Source: Pseudomonadota bacterium (GTDB taxonomy: Bacteria; Bdellovibrionota_B; Oligoflexia; Oligoflexales; CAIMVM01). From it: a stretch of 19,490 nucleotides of DNA. Under the pieces are notes generated by a model. The model saw only the letters and a list, made by a program, of their open reading frames with translations. It was not told where the DNA came from and did no database searches. The translations under genes and the position numbers were made by a program. Of the stretch, positions 16,221 through 19,490 are shown one piece after another; position 1 is the stretch's first letter, and each line of letters opens with the position of its first letter. The DNA is taken from contig JBAXBA010000070.1 of NCBI GenBank assembly GCA_037142195.1, positions 1 through 19,490 of the forward strand, given 5' to 3'.

Positions 16221-17096
16221 ATGAACACAGTCTTGGCAAGGTATTTTCTTTTAGGCGTTGCTGCATGGCATTTGTCTATGGCAAGAGGGCAGCGGGAGTT
16301 GCCGCTTCGAGTGGAGCTAGCCGAAAATCCCTTTCTACCTATAGCGGGCTTGCTAGTGGGCGAAGATCAAGGGGCTCTTCATGCCACACTATTGTCAGAC
16401 TTTTCAAAGCCTATGGAAGCCTCGGTTTCAGAGTCCCATGAGTCCTGCGAACAAGGGCAGTTAATAAATGTGACGTCTAAAAAAATTCAGATTCCCATCG
16501 CCCAAAAAGGATTCTTTAGGGTTTGTCTGAGACCTAAGGGTGAGCCGCTATGGCAGACGTTTTCTTTTATAGGCGAAAAAACATCTGATGTAGATTTTTC
16601 CATTTCTGCGATTAAAGGACTCCCTGAAAAAGAGTCTACTAAACGTATTTTAAACATGTTCTTGCCATTTGAATCCGCTAAGGAAGTTTATGTCGGTTTG
16701 GGGCATAATAGCCGTTGCAATGAAGATTTGGCCGTTGTGGATCCCCATACCCTTTTTACTTATGACCTAGGGCGTCTTGGGGGGAAATCCTCAGAAGTTT
16801 TTCTTTGTTTTTCAGGAAAGAAACAAGATGGATCTTTGTTTGACGTATTGCTGTATAGCTTCAAATATTCTTGCACATCGCGCTCAGGGGAGTGTCAAGG
16901 TTCAGGGCTTGGACGTGATGCCGATGTCCAATTGGCCCTCCAGACTCGCAGTCCAGAAGGATTTGAAGACCGAAACGAGGCCCTGGAGAGTTGGCTGAAA
17001 CTTGGGTATGCGGATGCAGAGCAAGCAAAAATTTTAGAGAAAATGAGTCCACTGAGCATCCAACAATCCGTTTCATGGGTTCCCCAAAGAGACTAA
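16221..17096 (+). CDS. Secreted Cys-containing hypothetical protein, possibly two degenerate Ig-like repeats
   Basis: GAGGGGG RBS before ATG 16221 (ORF from 16209). Signal peptide ..HLSMA. Two similarly spaced Cys pairs. Confidence 0.65.
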   Translation: MNTVLARYFLLGVAAWHLSMARGQRELPLRVELAENPFLPIAGLLVGEDQGALHATLLSDFSKPMEASVSESHESCEQGQLINVTSKKIQIPIAQKGFFRVCLRPKGEPLWQTFSFIGEKTSDVDFSISAIKGLPEKESTKRILNMFLPFESAKEVYVGLGHNSRCNEDLAVVDPHTLFTYDLGRLGGKSSEVFLCFSGKKQDGSLFDVLLYSFKYSCTSRSGECQGSGLGRDADVQLALQTRSPEGFEDRNEALESWLKLGYADAEQAKILEKMSPLSIQQSVSWVPQRD

Positions 17097-17137
17097 GATC
17101 CAGGTTGAAGAGGCTTCTGTACTTTAGAATTTGTACT

Positions 17138-17785
17138 TTAGATTTTGTACTTCAATTCACCGGGAATATAGATTTCTTTTTGTTCGGAACTATTGATGAG
17201 TGACGCTATTTTTTTGGTGATCCCTGCAATTCTTAGGAGAGAATCTTCCGCTTTAAGTACTGCAGGATGGTCTGGTAGTTCCTTTTTAATTTTGCTTAAA
17301 TTTCCAAGCGCCACCGTAAGGGGATTGTTGATCTCATGGTTATATGTCACAACCATCGCGCGAATGGCCTCGGACTCCCGGTGGTCCATGTTCGTTTCGT
17401 AGAATTTTTTGAGAGAGATCTGGGTCTGGAGCCTGGCTAGAGCGACTTTGGGGACAATCGGTTTTGTTATAAAATCATTGGCGCCAAGATCCAAGGCACT
17501 CACAATGACACTGTCAGCTCCTGATGCGCTGAGCATGATAATCGGTAGGTGCATACTGGAATAAGCTTCCCTCACTTCTTTAAGAACTTGGACGCCGTTT
17601 TTTACAGGCATCTCTATGTCGAGAAGCAGAAGCTCAGGCTTTAATTCTTCAATCTTTTCGAGAGCGGCGCTAGGATCTAAAATATAAGATACTTCGTAGA
17701 ATGCTGAAAAATAGTTCACAACTAATTTGCAAGACATGAGATCGTCATCAATAAGAAGGATTTTGGTCTTTGCAGCGGGTTCCAT
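17138..17785 (-). CDS. Response regulator REC fused to a HisKA helix pair, no HATPase domain
   Basis: AGGAG RBS. IDDD, LLLDIEMP..NG, LSA and GANDFITKP, then NHEINNPL. The protein ends about 65 aa after the His. Confidence 0.9.
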   Translation of the reverse strand: MEPAAKTKILLIDDDLMSCKLVVNYFSAFYEVSYILDPSAALEKIEELKPELLLLDIEMPVKNGVQVLKEVREAYSSMHLPIIMLSASGADSVIVSALDLGANDFITKPIVPKVALARLQTQISLKKFYETNMDHRESEAIRAMVVTYNHEINNPLTVALGNLSKIKKELPDHPAVLKAEDSLLRIAGITKKIASLINSSEQKEIYIPGELKYKI

Positions 17786-17813
17786 GGATTTAACTCCTGA
17801 GGGTTCTCTAGGT

Positions 17814-17840
17814 TCATCGGCGTGACTAATTTTTAATTGA
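17814..17840 (-). promoter_or_regulatory. Putative sigma28 (FliA) promoter
   Basis: Minus strand reads TCAA-N15-GCCGATGA (consensus TAAA-N15-GCCGATAA), 28 nt upstream of ATG 17785. Confidence 0.55.
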
Positions 17841-17947
17841 ATATTTCGAAGGGTGAAGCCTTAACCTATTGATATTATTTGGCTTTGCTTAATATTTTCA
17901 CATATGGGACAATGTTTTGTCCAGAAAAAAAGTCCGAGATAAGGAGC

Positions 17948-19222
17948 TTATTTAGGTTTTGTAGAATCGTCCAGAATCGATTTTGCAAGGCTGAGTCCTT
18001 CTTTTGCCTCGGCCCACTCCCCGCGTCGAAAAGAGCTTTTTAGCTTCTCGAGGATCAAACCTAGATCTCGGCCGGGCTTTAAATGGAATTCTCTCATAAG
18101 GTCGTCGCCGGTGAGGGGAGGGCGCTTTTTTCTGAGATAGCCGAAGGTTTCTTCACATGTAATGAGAGCTGAAAGATGGTTTTTATAGGAAAGCTTTTCC
18201 AATAAGTCCTTTAAATCTCCTAAAGAACTTATAGGGATTTTGGAGTCTTCAAGGGAGTCTATAAATACCATGATTTCATCGCGGGCTTGGAAGGGCGGGG
18301 CTCTCAGTAAGTCCCTGAAGCCCAAGACTCGTTTGAGTTCTTCTCCACTTATGCGCAGTGACTTTAAAAAAGTTAGAATTTGAGTCCCACTTGAGTTTTC
18401 CTCAGAAAGTTCTGTGAGAAGAAATGCAAGCCTAAGTTGAGCCGTGTAATTGGAATCAAAATGAGGATGCTGCAAGAGGTGAAGTGTGGAGACTAGGGGT
18501 TCCTTAGGATTCGGAAAACCCTTAAATATTTCTCCAAACATTCCCGTATTCACTAGGCAAAAAAGAGCCTTTTTTAAATGTTTTCCTCCAAGCATTTTCC
18601 AAAGCTCAGAAGTGATTCTTTCTTGGCTAATCTGTTTAAGTCCAGAGACATGGGCAGCGACAGCTGAGGTCGTTTGCTCGTCCACATAAAATCCAAACTT
18701 TGAGATGAAGCGAATCATTCTCAGCTGTCTAAGATAATCTTCCTTAATTCTCTGATGGGGGTCTCCCACAAATCGAAGGTGATTTTTTGCTAAGTCTTCT
18801 CGACCGCCATGGAAATCAAAAATTTGTCCATGGAGATCTTCATACATGGCGTTGATGGTAAAATCTCGCCTTTTGGAGTCATCTTCAAAACTCGCCCCGA
18901 ACTCAACGACAGCTTTCCTGCCATCTGTATCTACATCGCGCCTAAGAGAGGTGATTTCTGTAGAGGAGTATTTTCCTACAACTGTTACGGTGCCGTGATC
19001 GACTCCCGTTGGAATCACAGAAAACGCTGTTTTTCTAAATATCTGGATGATTTCTTCCGGCTTGGCAGAAGATGCTATATCAAAGTCAGAAGGTGTTAAA
19101 TTCAAAATCCTATCGCGCACGCATCCACCTGCAAACATAGCTTGATGCCCGGCATCTAAAATCCGAATCAAAATGGTGCGAGCTTCTTCATATTTTCGCT
19201 GATTGGGGTCAAGAGATGCCAC
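17948..19222 (-). CDS. cca: CCA tRNA nucleotidyltransferase (class II, no HD domain)
   Basis: GGCVRD...DFDIA, TG.DHGT, EITSLRRDVDTDGR, RRDFTINAM, EDYLR..R..RF, SQERI..EL and the C-terminal LTGDDL....LKPG..LG motif. Confidence 0.92.
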   Translation of the reverse strand: MASLDPNQRKYEEARTILIRILDAGHQAMFAGGCVRDRILNLTPSDFDIASSAKPEEIIQIFRKTAFSVIPTGVDHGTVTVVGKYSSTEITSLRRDVDTDGRKAVVEFGASFEDDSKRRDFTINAMYEDLHGQIFDFHGGREDLAKNHLRFVGDPHQRIKEDYLRQLRMIRFISKFGFYVDEQTTSAVAAHVSGLKQISQERITSELWKMLGGKHLKKALFCLVNTGMFGEIFKGFPNPKEPLVSTLHLLQHPHFDSNYTAQLRLAFLLTELSEENSSGTQILTFLKSLRISGEELKRVLGFRDLLRAPPFQARDEIMVFIDSLEDSKIPISSLGDLKDLLEKLSYKNHLSALITCEETFGYLRKKRPPLTGDDLMREFHLKPGRDLGLILEKLKSSFRRGEWAEAKEGLSLAKSILDDSTKPK

Positions 19223-19490
19223 AAGTCTCCAAGATTTTTACATGTTAGATTAACATACTTGCTAATGGTGAGCACAGTCTTTTCAAAAGAATCTAGCGTG
19301 CAAACAAGAATCCGCTACATGAAACTTACGCATACTTGTGCATAACAAGCTTACTGTTCATTTCCCACTTCATCGATTCTAGTTGTCGCCTTGGAAAAGT
19401 CTTATAACCGCCTTTAATCACGAGGGCAGCAACTGGGGCTAAAACTGTTTACCTAAAACTTATGCAAACTTGAGCAAACGGTATGTTACC

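Noticed and set aside
3482..19099. Other short antisense or alternate-frame ORFs inside the long genes
   Set aside because: Shadow ORFs of well-supported genes, without recognisable motifs.
17948..19222. Poly(A) polymerase or CC-only enzyme
   Set aside because: No PAP signature is evident, and the flexible loop (RRDVDTDGRKAVVEF) and EDxxR motif match full CCA enzymes. An A-only activity cannot be excluded from sequence.

Overview
Ordinary-looking bacterial chromosomal window. The gene content suggests Bdellovibrionota/Oligoflexia (inference from the many secreted Cys-rich proteases and lipoproteins). It opens with the 3' end of a group II intron: the probable last IEP codons, catalytic domain V and branch-point domain VI, ending at nt 99, IIC-like. 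Then come a small basic protein, a VC0807-family membrane protein, a sigma54-driven secreted protein, a stand-alone integrase-repeat-type protein, an M23 peptidase and an mprF-acvB/virJ aminoacyl-PG operon. The acvB gene appears frameshifted in a T6 tract and has an eroded N-terminal domain. The second half holds two small exported proteins, two zinc metalloproteases (one with a Cys-containing C-terminal sorting signal), a lipoprotein, apt, a trypsin-like protease, OsmC, two receiver proteins (one a REC-HisKA lacking a kinase domain, behind a sigma28-like promoter) and a CCA-adding enzyme. No clear multi-gene novel system is evident. The best leads are the intron end, the acvB frameshift and erosion, an ORF-less unit between two terminators that carries a 3x17-bp repeat, and a hairpin-rich intergenic stretch at about 1165-1260. 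All family calls come from motif recognition, not database searches.
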